Of a stretch of 64,000 nt of DNA, positions 27,633 to 38,754 are shown one piece after another. The translations under genes and the position numbers were made by a program. Source of the DNA: Eledone cirrhosa (taxonomy: Eukaryota); contig OZ024743.1 in assembly GCA_964016885.1 (NCBI GenBank), positions 249,674,001-249,738,000 on the forward strand, written 5' to 3'. Numbering within the stretch: the stretch's first letter is position 1; each line of letters begins with the position of its first letter. The notes beneath the pieces were generated by a model that did no database searches, was not told where the DNA came from, and worked only from the letters and a program-made list of their open reading frames with translations.

Positions 27633-30600
27633 CTTGAATCTCAGTCATTGATGTTGGTTAACTGGAAAGTCCGTTGGATTGAATATCAAGCCACTACCTG
27701 CAGCCTCAGATATTCAGGACGTATCGGAGGGTTCTTGCCGTTCCAAGCAAGCATGCCTTTTGAAGCGTTCCAAAAAGCGTGAAGGGGCCGATTTTCTTTA
27801 ACCATCCCTGGAAACCTTTGGAGATAGTCCCCAGTGCGCCTATGACAATCGGGATCACTTTGACTTCATGGCAGTTCCAAATCCTTTTCACCTCCCACTT
27901 TAGGTCCTGGTATCGGTTAATTTTCTCCCTCTCCTTCTCTTGCACTCTCGTGTCGAACGGGCAGGCCACATCCACAATCAGGCACGATCTTTTTTCTTTG
28001 TCCACAACCACCAGGTCAGGTCTATTGTGTTCCAGTTTTTTGTCCGTCTGTATCCTAAAATCCCACAGCACCTTCACCTGACTGTTCTCCATCACCGCCT
28101 CTGGCCTATGCTCATACCATTTCTCAGAATGTGGTAGATTGTTTACTTTGCACAGGTGCCAGTGGATCACCCTGCCCATCACATCGTGTCTCCAGCCCTT
28201 ATAGTGGGTCTGGGCTAGGTGTTTACACTCGGACACAATGTGAGCCACAGTCTCCTCTCTCTCTCCACAGATCCTGCACAGTGGGCTAGCCTCCTCCTTG
28301 TAGATATGGTGCTTCAACCACTTCGTTTTGAGGGCCTGCTCCTGCGCAGCCATTAGCATTCCTTCTGTAGCCTTTTTGAGGTCTCCTCTTCTCAACCAGT
28401 TCCATGTCTGTGGATCTCTAAATTCAGTTTTCTCAAAGAAGGTACTATGAAGGGATTTTCCCTTAAGGCTGCTCTTCCTCCTTGATGTTATTTCCTCCTT
28501 GGGTATCCCCTGGCCCACTGTCCCCTCCTTCAGTACAGCTCTGAGCATTGGCTCCTTACTATAGGTCACGTATTTGTATAGGTTGTTTTTCTCCATCTGA
28601 ACACAGTCCTCTATGCTGATAAGACCTCTTCCACCCTCAGATCTCCTTAGGTAGAATCTATCGACATCACTCCTCTTGTGGAACATGTTGTAGATAGTCA
28701 ATAGCTTCCTAGTCTTCCTATCCATTTCTTTTTGTTCAGCAACATTCCATCTCAGAATTCCCGCACTGTACCTAATAATAGACACAGCTCGGGAATTTAC
28801 TGCGCTTATGGCATTTCTGCTGTTCAGATGTGACTTCAATACGCTCCTTACTCTCCGAATGTATTCAGTTCTTAACAATTCCTTCATTTTTTTGTTCTTT
28901 ATGCCATCAGCCTCCAGAACGCCCAAATACTTGTATCCTTCCTCAGAGTCAATTTCCTTTATCATCTCACCTGTTGGTATCTGGATCCCGTTACTTCTGC
29001 TCAACCTACCCCTCCTCATCACAATGACTCCACATTTACCAATACCAAACTGCATACATATATCACTGCTGAAAATACGGACAGTGTCAACAAGCACATC
29101 CAACTCCTTCTCACTTTTCCCGAAGAGCTTAAGATCGTCCATGAAGAGGAGGTGATTGATGGTAAGCTCTCCCCTTCCCAACTTGTATCCTGCTCTCACT
29201 TTTCGCAGCATAATGGTCAAGGGCATCAGGGCAAGGACAAACAACAGAGGGGACAGGCTATCTCCCTGGAAGATACCTCTCTTGATCTTCACGCTTCCCA
29301 AGGATACTCCAGTTGATGTCAACTCTGTCTCCCAGGACCCCATACTCCTGCCCAGCAACTGTCTGATGTTATCTGCCACCCTGAAGATCTCCAGGCTTTT
29401 GGTGATCCAGGAATGAGGCACCATGTCAAATGCCTTTCTGTAGTCTATCCATCCCATGGCAAGATCAGTGTGTCTCCTCCTGCAATTCCCCATTACCATC
29501 TTATCAATAAGCAACTGGTCCTTTGTACCACGTGACTTCTTTCGGCATCCTTTCTGTTCGTCCGGCAACAAGTTGTTTGTGTGGAGGTGATGGTAGATTT
29601 CCTCAGACACAATGCTCGTCAACAGTTTCCACATTACGGGCAGACATGTGATAGGTCTATAGTTGGTAACATCATTACCCTTGATTCGGTCTTTCATTAT
29701 CAGAACTGTGGTACCTTTTGTCAACCACTCTGGCACCTCACCCGACACCAAGCAGTCATTGAACATGGCCGTCAGCTTCGGGTGGAGGGATGTTAAATGT
29801 TTAATCCAATACCCCTGCACACCATCTGGGCCTGGTGATTTCCAGTTGGTTAGTTTTTTGGCTTGCCCCTTAAGAGTTTCAACTGTGATACTCAAATCAG
29901 TTTGTTGCTGTGCCTGCTCACCGATCTCCCTCTGTACTGTCTCAATCCACCCTGCCTGGGCATTGTGTCTAACATCCTGCTCCCATATTCCTCTCCAGAA
30001 TGTTTTAGCTTGTTCCGCCCCAGGGATCAAGTCGTTGCCTCTTTCTTTCCCCTCAAGCTGTCCAAACAGCATCTTCTGGTTGTTGTCGAACATGCGGTTC
30101 TGTTTATACTGACTGACTCTGTTCTCGTATCGCCTGATTTTGGCACTCTTTGCTACAATGCGTTGCTTCAATTCCTCTATGATAATATTTAGCTTTTTAC
30201 TCCTAGTTTTGTATTTTATTTCCAGTCTATTTTTAGTGCCTATGTTTTTTAGTGTCCCATTCAGTAGTGACTCAAGCTTTCCTATGTCATTTCTCATTTC
30301 CCCGATTTGCCCACTCAGTCGCTTCTTCCACCACGGCTCTGCTCTTTCTTGTCTGTTGTTTCCTCTCGTTTTTATACCAAGTAGTTTCCTCACCGTATTT
30401 GCTGTTGCTTTGAGGATATTGTTGCACTGGTGAAGACTCCTCGCCTCAAGGTATGGGATGACTTTGTTTACCTTAGCTGTTGTTTCTTTTAACTTTTTCC
30501 TGTCTACAAATCTTAGGTTCATAGGTCTCCCACTATCATTGTTCAACTCATCTACCACTAAATTTAGGATGTCAACCGAATCTTGTCCTAGCCCGTCAGC

Positions 30601-31260
30601 ATTCATCTCCTCAGTGGCCGTATCTCTGTTCCAGGTATTATTTATCTCAGTATTCAGATCATTGTCTGCTTCGGGTGGTTCCTCCGTTCTCAGGACCTCC
30701 TCACCTTCTTTTCCCGCCGGCTCGCTTGTCTGGCATACTACACCCGCCATCTCCAAGCCATTCTCTCTGCTCAGTTCCTCCAGTTCCAGCTCGCTTATCC
30801 ACCCATTAGTTCTTATTACCCGAGCCTGCCCGGCCAATTTTTGTTCATCTAATTTAAATAAACCAATCTCGTTCCAGATGTTATGCATCCGTCTCCTGTA
30901 GCCCCTCTCCTTGGGGTTACTTTTCAGGTAGCATTGCATAACAGTTCTATTCAATTCTTTCGTCCAGTTGGTTCTGGCCCCTTTCCTTCTTCTTCTTCCT
31001 CCAACATCAGCAGTATTTGGTTGACAGTCAGGTTCCTGCTGCTGAGCCAGGGGGCACCTGTTGGGTGAGAGTCTGTCACATGACGTTCTAGTCTCCATTT
31101 CACCGTTATTCGAACTGTTTATGTTCGATATTTAAACACTCTTATCGAGGATTGGCGAATGTATGTTTACATAGCCATCTGTGGATCCGCCATCCCACTT
31201 GGCCCTTGTGTGGCATTATCACCACGCTGTATACGGACACACATAAACAAACAAACACAC
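27632..31260 (-). mobile_element. Apparently full-length R4/Dong-clade RLE non-LTR retrotransposon
   Basis: Single uninterrupted ORF and a short 3' UTR running directly into (TAA)n. Confidence 0.93.
27706..31098 (-). CDS. Reverse transcriptase + CCHC + restriction-like endonuclease, 1130 aa, intact
   Basis: KSPGPDG, NYRPITCL, WIDYRKAFD, GIFQGDSLSP, LFMDD, CRICGEREETVAHIVSEC, RHD, NRPDLVV...IVDVACP, EKINRYQDL. Confidence 0.95.
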   Translation of the reverse strand: METRTSCDRLSPNRCPLAQQQEPDCQPNTADVGGRRRRKGARTNWTKELNRTVMQCYLKSNPKERGYRRRMHNIWNEIGLFKLDEQKLAGQARVIRTNGWISELELEELSRENGLEMAGVVCQTSEPAGKEGEEVLRTEEPPEADNDLNTEINNTWNRDTATEEMNADGLGQDSVDILNLVVDELNNDSGRPMNLRFVDRKKLKETTAKVNKVIPYLEARSLHQCNNILKATANTVRKLLGIKTRGNNRQERAEPWWKKRLSGQIGEMRNDIGKLESLLNGTLKNIGTKNRLEIKYKTRSKKLNIIIEELKQRIVAKSAKIRRYENRVSQYKQNRMFDNNQKMLFGQLEGKERGNDLIPGAEQAKTFWRGIWEQDVRHNAQAGWIETVQREIGEQAQQQTDLSITVETLKGQAKKLTNWKSPGPDGVQGYWIKHLTSLHPKLTAMFNDCLVSGEVPEWLTKGTTVLIMKDRIKGNDVTNYRPITCLPVMWKLLTSIVSEEIYHHLHTNNLLPDEQKGCRKKSRGTKDQLLIDKMVMGNCRRRHTDLAMGWIDYRKAFDMVPHSWITKSLEIFRVADNIRQLLGRSMGSWETELTSTGVSLGSVKIKRGIFQGDSLSPLLFVLALMPLTIMLRKVRAGYKLGRGELTINHLLFMDDLKLFGKSEKELDVLVDTVRIFSSDICMQFGIGKCGVIVMRRGRLSRSNGIQIPTGEMIKEIDSEEGYKYLGVLEADGIKNKKMKELLRTEYIRRVRSVLKSHLNSRNAISAVNSRAVSIIRYSAGILRWNVAEQKEMDRKTRKLLTIYNMFHKRSDVDRFYLRRSEGGRGLISIEDCVQMEKNNLYKYVTYSKEPMLRAVLKEGTVGQGIPKEEITSRRKSSLKGKSLHSTFFEKTEFRDPQTWNWLRRGDLKKATEGMLMAAQEQALKTKWLKHHIYKEEASPLCRICGEREETVAHIVSECKHLAQTHYKGWRHDVMGRVIHWHLCKVNNLPHSEKWYEHRPEAVMENSQVKVLWDFRIQTDKKLEHNRPDLVVVDKEKRSCLIVDVACPFDTRVQEKEREKINRYQDLKWEVKRIWNCHEVKVIPIVIGALGTISKGFQGWLKKIGPFTLFGTLQKACLLGTARTLRYVLNI

Positions 31261-31667
31261 GGGCAGAAAGGGCCCCAAAAATGAATAAGCATAAGTTTCA
31301 TTGTAATGTAGTATTCGAATGTCTGACTTAGTTTTTGTTTTTTAAGTTTTACTTTTTCCCCCCTTTTCTATGTCCGTCCGCCTGCTTCTCTCTTCATTCT
31401 TATTTTCTTTACGTTTTTGGGGTTTCTTTTTTTGTTTTTGTTTTTCTCTGTTTTTCTCGTTTTTTACTGTTGTTGCTGTGCTGCTTTTGTTGTTTGTTTT
31501 TTCTTTTTTCTTTTGAGTCTATCTATATATTTTGATGCCTTCCTCTTTGTTAGTAGTAGGAATTCTATAATGTGGAAGTGGTAGCCAGCAGAGACTGGCG
31601 GCGTTGGCGATACTGAGACAGTGGTGGTGGTGATGTCGATACCGAGGCAGTGGTGGCGGTGATGCGA

Positions 31668-32325
31668 CCGTATTACTGTAGTGATGGTGCTGTAGCGGTG
31701 GCAGCAGCAGTGAAGGAGTCAGGGGGTGGTGGCGGCGGTGATGGGATAGTGGTGGTAATGATGGCCGTAGTGAGCGGTGGCGGTGAAGGTGAAAATGCTG
31801 TTGTGTTTAGTGTACACAGATGATGGGGTGGGTGGTGTATCTAGTTTCTGGTGTTGGTGAGTTTAGCTGTCCTATATAGTGTAGCCAGAGGAGAGGAGGG
31901 GGGGGGGGGGGGGTTCTTCTTCTTCCATTTATAGCCATTTTATTTATTTTTTTTTTTTGGATATACAGTGTACAATACAAAGTTGAATATTTGAATATTT
32001 GAGCCGTATTACTGTAGTGATGGTGCTGTAGCGGTGGCAGCAGCAGTGAAGGAGTCAAGGGGTGGTGGCGGCGGTGATGGGATAGTGGTGGTAATGATGG
32101 CCGTAGTGAGCGGTGGCGGTGAAGGTGAAAATGCTGTTGTGTTTAGTGTACACAGATGATGGGGTGGGTGGTGTATCTAGTTTCTGGTGTTGGTGAGTTT
32201 AGCTGTCCTATATAGTGTAGCCAGAGGAGAGGAGGGGGGGGGGTTCTTCTTCTTCCATTTATAGCCATTTTTTTTTTTGGATATACAGTGTACAATACAA
32301 AGTTGAATATTTGAATATTTGAGCC
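31668..32325. repeat. Tandem duplication, ~336-bp unit x2
   Basis: ccgtattactgtagtgatggtgctg begins at 31668 and 32004; both units end in aatatttgagcc. Confidence 0.9.
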
Positions 32326-32559
32326 TTATAACAATATATTTGGGGTCCGAATTTTTTTGGGGCTCAAGCCGGGTGCTTTACGTAGCATTTGTACTAATTA
32401 TTATTATTATTACTATTATTATTACTTTTTTTTTTTCCCCAATTCAATGATGTTCCAGAACAATATAAAAGAGATAATTGGCAATTTAGGTTCTGGAACA
32501 AAAAAGATAATTGGCAATAAGGGCAGGGGCCCCAGGTTATCACCATTGTATCACCTCGT

Positions 32560-35500
32560 CATCGTGCCATTGTAATAGAGCCAAACAAGGCATTTAGTCT
32601 TGGCTGCTGGAACGTACGGACGCTGCTAGACAGGGATCCTTGGAGCGTCCTGAACGAAGGACCGCTCTTGTTGCAAAGGAGCTTCGACGTTACGATCTTG
32701 ACATTGTGGCTTTATCTGAGACGAGGTTAGCTGGAGATGGTCATCTTACGGAATTTTGTGGAGAATATACATTCTTCTGGAAAGGAAGAGATGAAGGAAC
32801 CAGAAGAGAGGCTGGGGTAGGATTTGCTGTTAAGACTGTTCTTGTGAATAAATTAGAAGAATTCCCAGTAGGGATTAGTGAGCGTCTTATGTCCATGAGA
32901 ATTCCGCTGGACAAAGGAAGATATGCGACCCTGGTGAGTGTGTATGCTCCAACTATGAATTCTGTCGATGAAGAAAAAGTGTCCTTTTACCATGCCTTGA
33001 AAGGTGTTTTAAAAAATATCCCTCAGGCAGACAAAGTCATCGTGCTTGGTGACTTTAATGCTAGAGTGGGTAGGGATTTTAACACATGGAATGAAATCGG
33101 AAGGCATGGGGTGGGAAAGTGTAACAACAATGGTATGCTCCTGCTGCAGATGTGTGAGGAGCTGGATCAGTGTGTTACCAACACCATGTTCCAACAAAAG
33201 AACAAATTCAAGACCACATGGATGCATCCTGCATCTAAGGAATGGCATCTTTTGGACTACATCCTAGTCAGGATGCGTGACAGACAGGATGTGCAGTGTG
33301 TTCGTGCTCTTCGTGGAGCTGAGTGCTGGACGGACCACCGCCTGGTACGCGCAAAAGTGAAACTAATCACTAAACGTAAAATCCGGGCTCCTGGTGTTGC
33401 CCTGCCCAAAAGATTGAATGCTGCTCGTCTTAAGGATAAAAATGTGAAGAGGACATTGGAAGAAGAGATGCAGGCTGCAGATCTTGGTGAGGATTGGCCG
33501 ACCCTTAAAAAGTCGGTTTATGATGTAGGCAGGCATGTTCTGGGATTGGTGCAGAGAAAACATCAGGACTGGTTTAATGAGAATGATGTACATATAGAAG
33601 ACTTGTTGGCTGATAACAGGCGTGCTCTGTCACGCTACTTGACGGCAAAACCACAGGAGAGGAGTACGTTGCATGAGGAACTCAAGGATGTAAAATCACG
33701 TGTTAGGCGGAGTCTTTCTCAGATGAAGGATCAGTGGTGGAGTGAGAAGGCTGGTGAGATACAAACTGCGTCAGATTCCAATAACACAAAGCTGTTGTAC
33801 AGTCTCTTGCGTGAGGTTTATTGACCGTCTTCTTCTCTGGTGACACCGCTTCGCAGCAAGGATGGCAAAGAACTTCTTCGTGACTCACAAGGAATTCTAC
33901 GAAGGTGGCGAGAACACTTTGATGATCTTTTGAATCAGCCGTCTGTCGTCAGTGAAGATTTCCTCAGTCTCATTCCAGAAAGTCCTGTGAAAGTAGCTCT
34001 CGCAGAACCTCCGACGCTTGTGGAGGTTGCAGTGGCTATCTCGAAGCTGAACAGTGGAAGGTCTCCAGGTATGGATGGCATACATGCTGAGCTCCTACAA
34101 TATGGTGGTGAGAGACTCCTGCAACATCTTCACTCTTTGTTTGGCAGGATATGGGCTAATGAATCCGTACCTGAGGACTGGAGAGATGCAGTAATGGTGG
34201 TCTTGTACAAGGGAAAGGGTAACAGGAATGATTGTGGGAACTACAGAGGTATATCATTGCTTTCTGTCGTAGGGAAAGTTTTATGTAGGGTGCTTCTGGA
34301 CCGTCTGCTGACACACATTGCAGATTGTGTTCTTCCTGAAAGTCAATCTGGTTTTCGTGGTGGACGCGGCCCTACTAATATGATCTTCTCAGTTCCAGGA
34401 GAAGTGCATGGAACAAGGCTTGGATCTATATTAGGTTTTTGTCGATCTGATAAAAGCTTTCGATACTGTTAACAGAGATGCATAATGGAAGGTTCTCCAG
34501 AAACTTGGTTGCCCTGATGAGTTCCTTGCTTTAGTTAGATCTTTCCATGACGACATGAAGGCTTGGGTTAATGTCGGAGGTAACATGTCGGAGCCTATCT
34601 CAGTAAAAAATGGAGGGAAACAGGGGGATATTCCAGCACCGACCCTGTTTGCCATATACTTTGCAATGGTTTTCTGTATTGTATTCAGGAATTGCGAGCA
34701 TGGTGTTTACATCCGATATCGAACCTCAGGCAGCATATTTAACATCAGGCGCTTTGCTGCAAAGACAAAAGTATTTACATCAATCATAAGAGACCTCTTG
34801 TATGCAGATGATTGCGATCTTGTAGCGCACACAGAGAGTGATATGCAGCACATTTTGAATGCATTTTCTGACGCTTGCACTGCCCTAGGATTGACTGTCA
34901 GTCTCAAGAAAACCATCGTCATGTACCAACCTGACCCTGGTAATCAGTACACTGAATCAAATATCTATGTGTATGGTAAACGACTTGGAGTGGTTGATCA
35001 GTTTATCTACCTGGGAAGCACTGTCAATCGATACAGCAACCTTGACAGTGAAATCTCACTTAGGATTAGGAAAGCAAGTGATGCTTTCGGAAAGCTAGAA
35101 AGGCGACTCTGGGGTCGGCGAGACATATGCAGGAGGACAAAGGGCATGTGTACAGGGCATGTGTACTCTCTTGTCTTCTTTATGCCTGCGAGACCTGGGT
35201 CACATATCGACACCACCTTAAGCAATTGGAGCGTTTCCATCAGATGTGTCTCACACGGATCCATGGTGTTCACTGGAGGGACCACGTCAGTGATGTCGAG
35301 ATTTTGGAAAGCTCTATGTGTGATAGTATAGAAGCTCTTGTGCTTAAGCAACGACTCCGTTGGAGTGGTCACCTTGCCAGGATGAAGGATTCTAGAATAC
35401 CAAAACAACTCTTTTATGGAGAGTTGGTTAAAGGAAAACGACCGCCACATAAACCAAAAAAGAGGTATAAGGATTCCTTGAAAGCCTCTTTGAAAGACGC

Positions 35501-36262
35501 TAACATCTCTGCTGATACATGGGAAAATATTGCTGCTGATAGTAATAAATGGAAAAAGACTGTATATGAGGGAAAAGTTGCCTTTGAGGCATCTCGAATC
35601 GCATACGAGAAAGTAAAGCGGGATGTGAGGAAGGGCATTGCTGTTGCACTTCCAGACGGCGAGGGTCCTCCTATGGTGCTGACATGCAGCGTCTGTGCGA
35701 GACTCTGCCTAAGCAAAGCTGGACTCGAAAGTCATCTTCGCAGTCATAAAGTAAAACCAGTGGTTGACGACCAGGCTGCTGCTGGAGATGCTACTCATCA
35801 TGCTTGCCAAACATGTGGTAGAGAATGTAAATCAGCAGGAGGGTTCAAGCGACATGCAAAAGTACATGAACTCCAACCACAGACGGCTATTCCCAGTGAA
35901 TGTTTTGGTTGCCGACTCTGTGCAAGACATTTTAGATCATTGGCTGGGCTAAAAAGCCACATTCGATCGCAGCGCTATTAGTTGCTATCGTGTGTGTGTA
36001 TAGGCATGTTTATGTGTGTGTGTGTGTGTATATATATATATGGATATGTATATTATTGTTGTTGTTGTCGTTATTATTATTGTTGTTGTTATTATTATTA
36101 TTATATTATTATTGTTATTAATGTATGTGTGCGTATGTATATATATATGTGTGTATATATGTATATGTATGTGTGTATATATATATATATATATTTTTTT
36201 TATTTTATTTATTAATATATATATATTTTTACTCCTCGATAACGAGGAGGCAACCATCATAT
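32560..36262 (+). mobile_element. RTE-clade LINE, near full-length, one stop and two frameshifts, with C-terminal C2H2 zinc fingers
   Basis: APE (WNVRTL, ALSETR, VYAP, GDFNAR, LDY, TDH), RT (SPGMDG, NYRGISLLS, KQGDI, LYADD), RLRWSGH, three C-x2-C-x12-H-x3/4 motifs, and a microsatellite 3' UTR. Confidence 0.93.
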
Positions 36263-36327
36263 ATATATATTAACAGAAAAAATGAAACGAAATTTCATTT
36301 CCCACTCTTAGTACGGCTGTTACTTAA

Positions 36328-36906
36328 ATATAAGTATGTATACGTACATACATATACGTATACAGACGTACAGTAGTATGTATATATATATACATGCACA
36401 CATATATATATACGTATGGATTCACCGAACATTTATTATAATGCTCGGTGTGTTTGTAAACAAACATCCCGTATTAAGCCCTAGTGTCTAGCAACCACCG
36501 TTGCTCGTTTGTTCAGCACTGACAAAGGAACGCTGTACTAGTTTCAAGCTTATTAGCTATCGGCAGCAACGTATACCTTCCTGCCAGATGATTGAACGTC
36601 CGAAAGTATATACTTTCCTTATGCATATTAACGGCTGAGTAGCCCAAGGTATACGTTGGTTTACGTTGCTGACGATAGCTAATAAGCTTGAAACTAGTAC
36701 AGCGTTCCTTTGTCAGTGTTGAACAAACGAGCAACGGTGGTTGCTAGACACTACGGCTTACTACGGGATGTTTGTTTACAAACACACCGAGCATTATAAT
36801 AAATGTTCGGTGAATCCATACGTACATATATATATGTGTGCATGTATGTATATATATATACATACTACTGTACATCTGTATACGTATATGTATGTACGTA
36901 TACATA

Positions 36907-36913
<7 letters not shown>
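36328..36913. repeat. Fold-back palindrome, ~250-bp arms, ~80-nt spacer
   Basis: 36328-36577 is the reverse complement of 36658-36913 (e.g. gattcaccgaacatttattataatgctcgg / ccgagcattataataaatgttcggtgaatc). Confidence 0.92.
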
Positions 36914-36986
<73 letters not shown>

Positions 36987-37059
36987 AATATAAATTAGCG
37001 AGAATCGTATTTCAGCACAGGAATTAACGAAAATCAACATCCGATATATATATATATAT

Positions 37060-37770
37060 ATATAAATGAAAGGTATAGAAAGTATTGTAGCAATAAGCCA
37101 ACAGTATTCCATAATATATAAGTGACTATAGCGCCAAAATGGGGAAATAGTTAACGTAAGATGTGGGAAAAATAATTCAAACTCAATTCAAAAAGAATCA
37201 GGATATAGATTTATCCAACAGAGTTTAGTGAAATCCATGGAAAAATCAATAGAGCCTTAACTCATGATAAAATAAAGTTTAAAATACTCATCTTTCAATT
37301 TGGGACAACTACAAATGCTCTGTATGGTTTTGAAAAAGACTATTTCACGTAAACTTTCAGTGGAGAAGGTTACGGTTGGATACAATCATCAGCAGAGCTC
37401 AACACGATAGCCAGATTCTCACTGATTAATATGCCAAAAAGGGAATTTAAAAGCAGGTTAGTTTAACACCATTCGTGATTATGAAAATAAAACGCACATG
37501 TGGAAAAACAGGGCTGGTGACGTCAGAATGAGACGAATGCTTGTTTACATGAAACAACAGTCAAAAACATTCCGAAAAAAACTCTACAATAAGGAGTTCA
37601 GCAAAAAGCAATATTATCGCGTTTTTTTTTTTAAATATCGGGATTAGTCACAAATAATTTAAGCACTCTAGGAAAGAAATCCGAGTATAAATATATAAAT
37701 GAAAGGTATAGAAAGTATTGTAGCAAGAAGCTAACAGTATTCCATAATATATAAGTGACTATAGCGTCAA
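37060..37770 (-). mobile_element. Non-coding ~710-bp element with ~78-bp terminal direct repeats (PLE pseudo-LTR-like)
   Basis: ataaatgaaaggtatagaaagtattgtagcaa...gactatagcg at ~37062 and ~37695. Embedded in (TA)n. Confidence 0.55.
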
Positions 37771-37816
37771 TAAATATATATTATATATATATAAATAAAA
37801 ATATATATATTAAATG

Positions 37817-37871
<55 letters not shown>

Positions 37872-37923
37872 TAGTTTCATATATATATGTAGAAGTTATA
37901 TTTAATATATATATATATATATA

Positions 37924-38683
37924 TAGATTTGATTTTGTATATGGTTAATTATGCTAATTAGAAGAAGAAATAGTATATATTTTAATATCTGATGATTCTA
38001 TAGACATGATTCATGATATAATGCTCTGATTTTTTTATTTTAATTTATTAATTCTTCATAGAGCTTAAAAGTGAACAGTTGCAACATATATATATCTTTA
38101 ATTTTATGTATATGATAACCATTATATTTAATAATCTCCCAATTGATTGACATTAAATTTGGCGATATATGGCTGCGCTTTCTAGCAGCAAGCCTACCCG
38201 CCGTAAGCAACCAATCACACGCTTTCTCTCTGGCTGGTACACAGCTACATAGCGATTTTTAGCCATTTTTGAATCTAAATTTGGCGGGATCGGTTAGAAA
38301 AACTAAATGTCTGATTTTGAGTTTATCTCCTGAAGAAACCTAACTCTGGAAATTCATATTATTTGGATGTCCTAAATAAGGAAGAAACCATGGTAGAGAT
38401 ATAATTACGGTATGTGCGCATTTCTTCTAAGTTTAATTTTACTACTAATTGTGTGTGGTTGATGGTATATTTGGTCGGATTCTGCATGCTGCCGAAATGT
38501 TGGATAAATAATGGAACGGGGCTGCCGCGAAGAGGCTACGATCAATTGTTTGTCGGAGATTTCCCCATAAGAAAATTTATTCTTAAAGCTTGCTAGATTT
38601 GATTTTGTATATGGTTAATTATGCTAATTAGAAGAAGAAATAGTATATATTTTAATATCTGATGATTCTATAGACATGATTTA

Positions 38684-38690
<7 letters not shown>
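37924..38690 (+). mobile_element. Non-coding ~770-bp element with ~95-bp terminal direct repeats
   Basis: tagatttgattttgtatatggttaattatgc...ctatagacatgatt at 37924 and 38594. Flanked by (TA)n. Confidence 0.55.

Positions 38691-38749
<59 letters not shown>

Positions 38750-38754
<5 letters not shown>

Noticed and set aside
31099-31260. HDV-like ribozyme in the Dong 5' UTR
   Set aside because: No recognisable nested double-pseudoknot elements were found by eye.
33822-33824. In-frame TGA as selenocysteine or programmed readthrough in the RTE ORF
   Set aside because: It falls at the conserved VYGP glycine (GGA>TGA), and the element has additional frameshifts, so it is simple decay.
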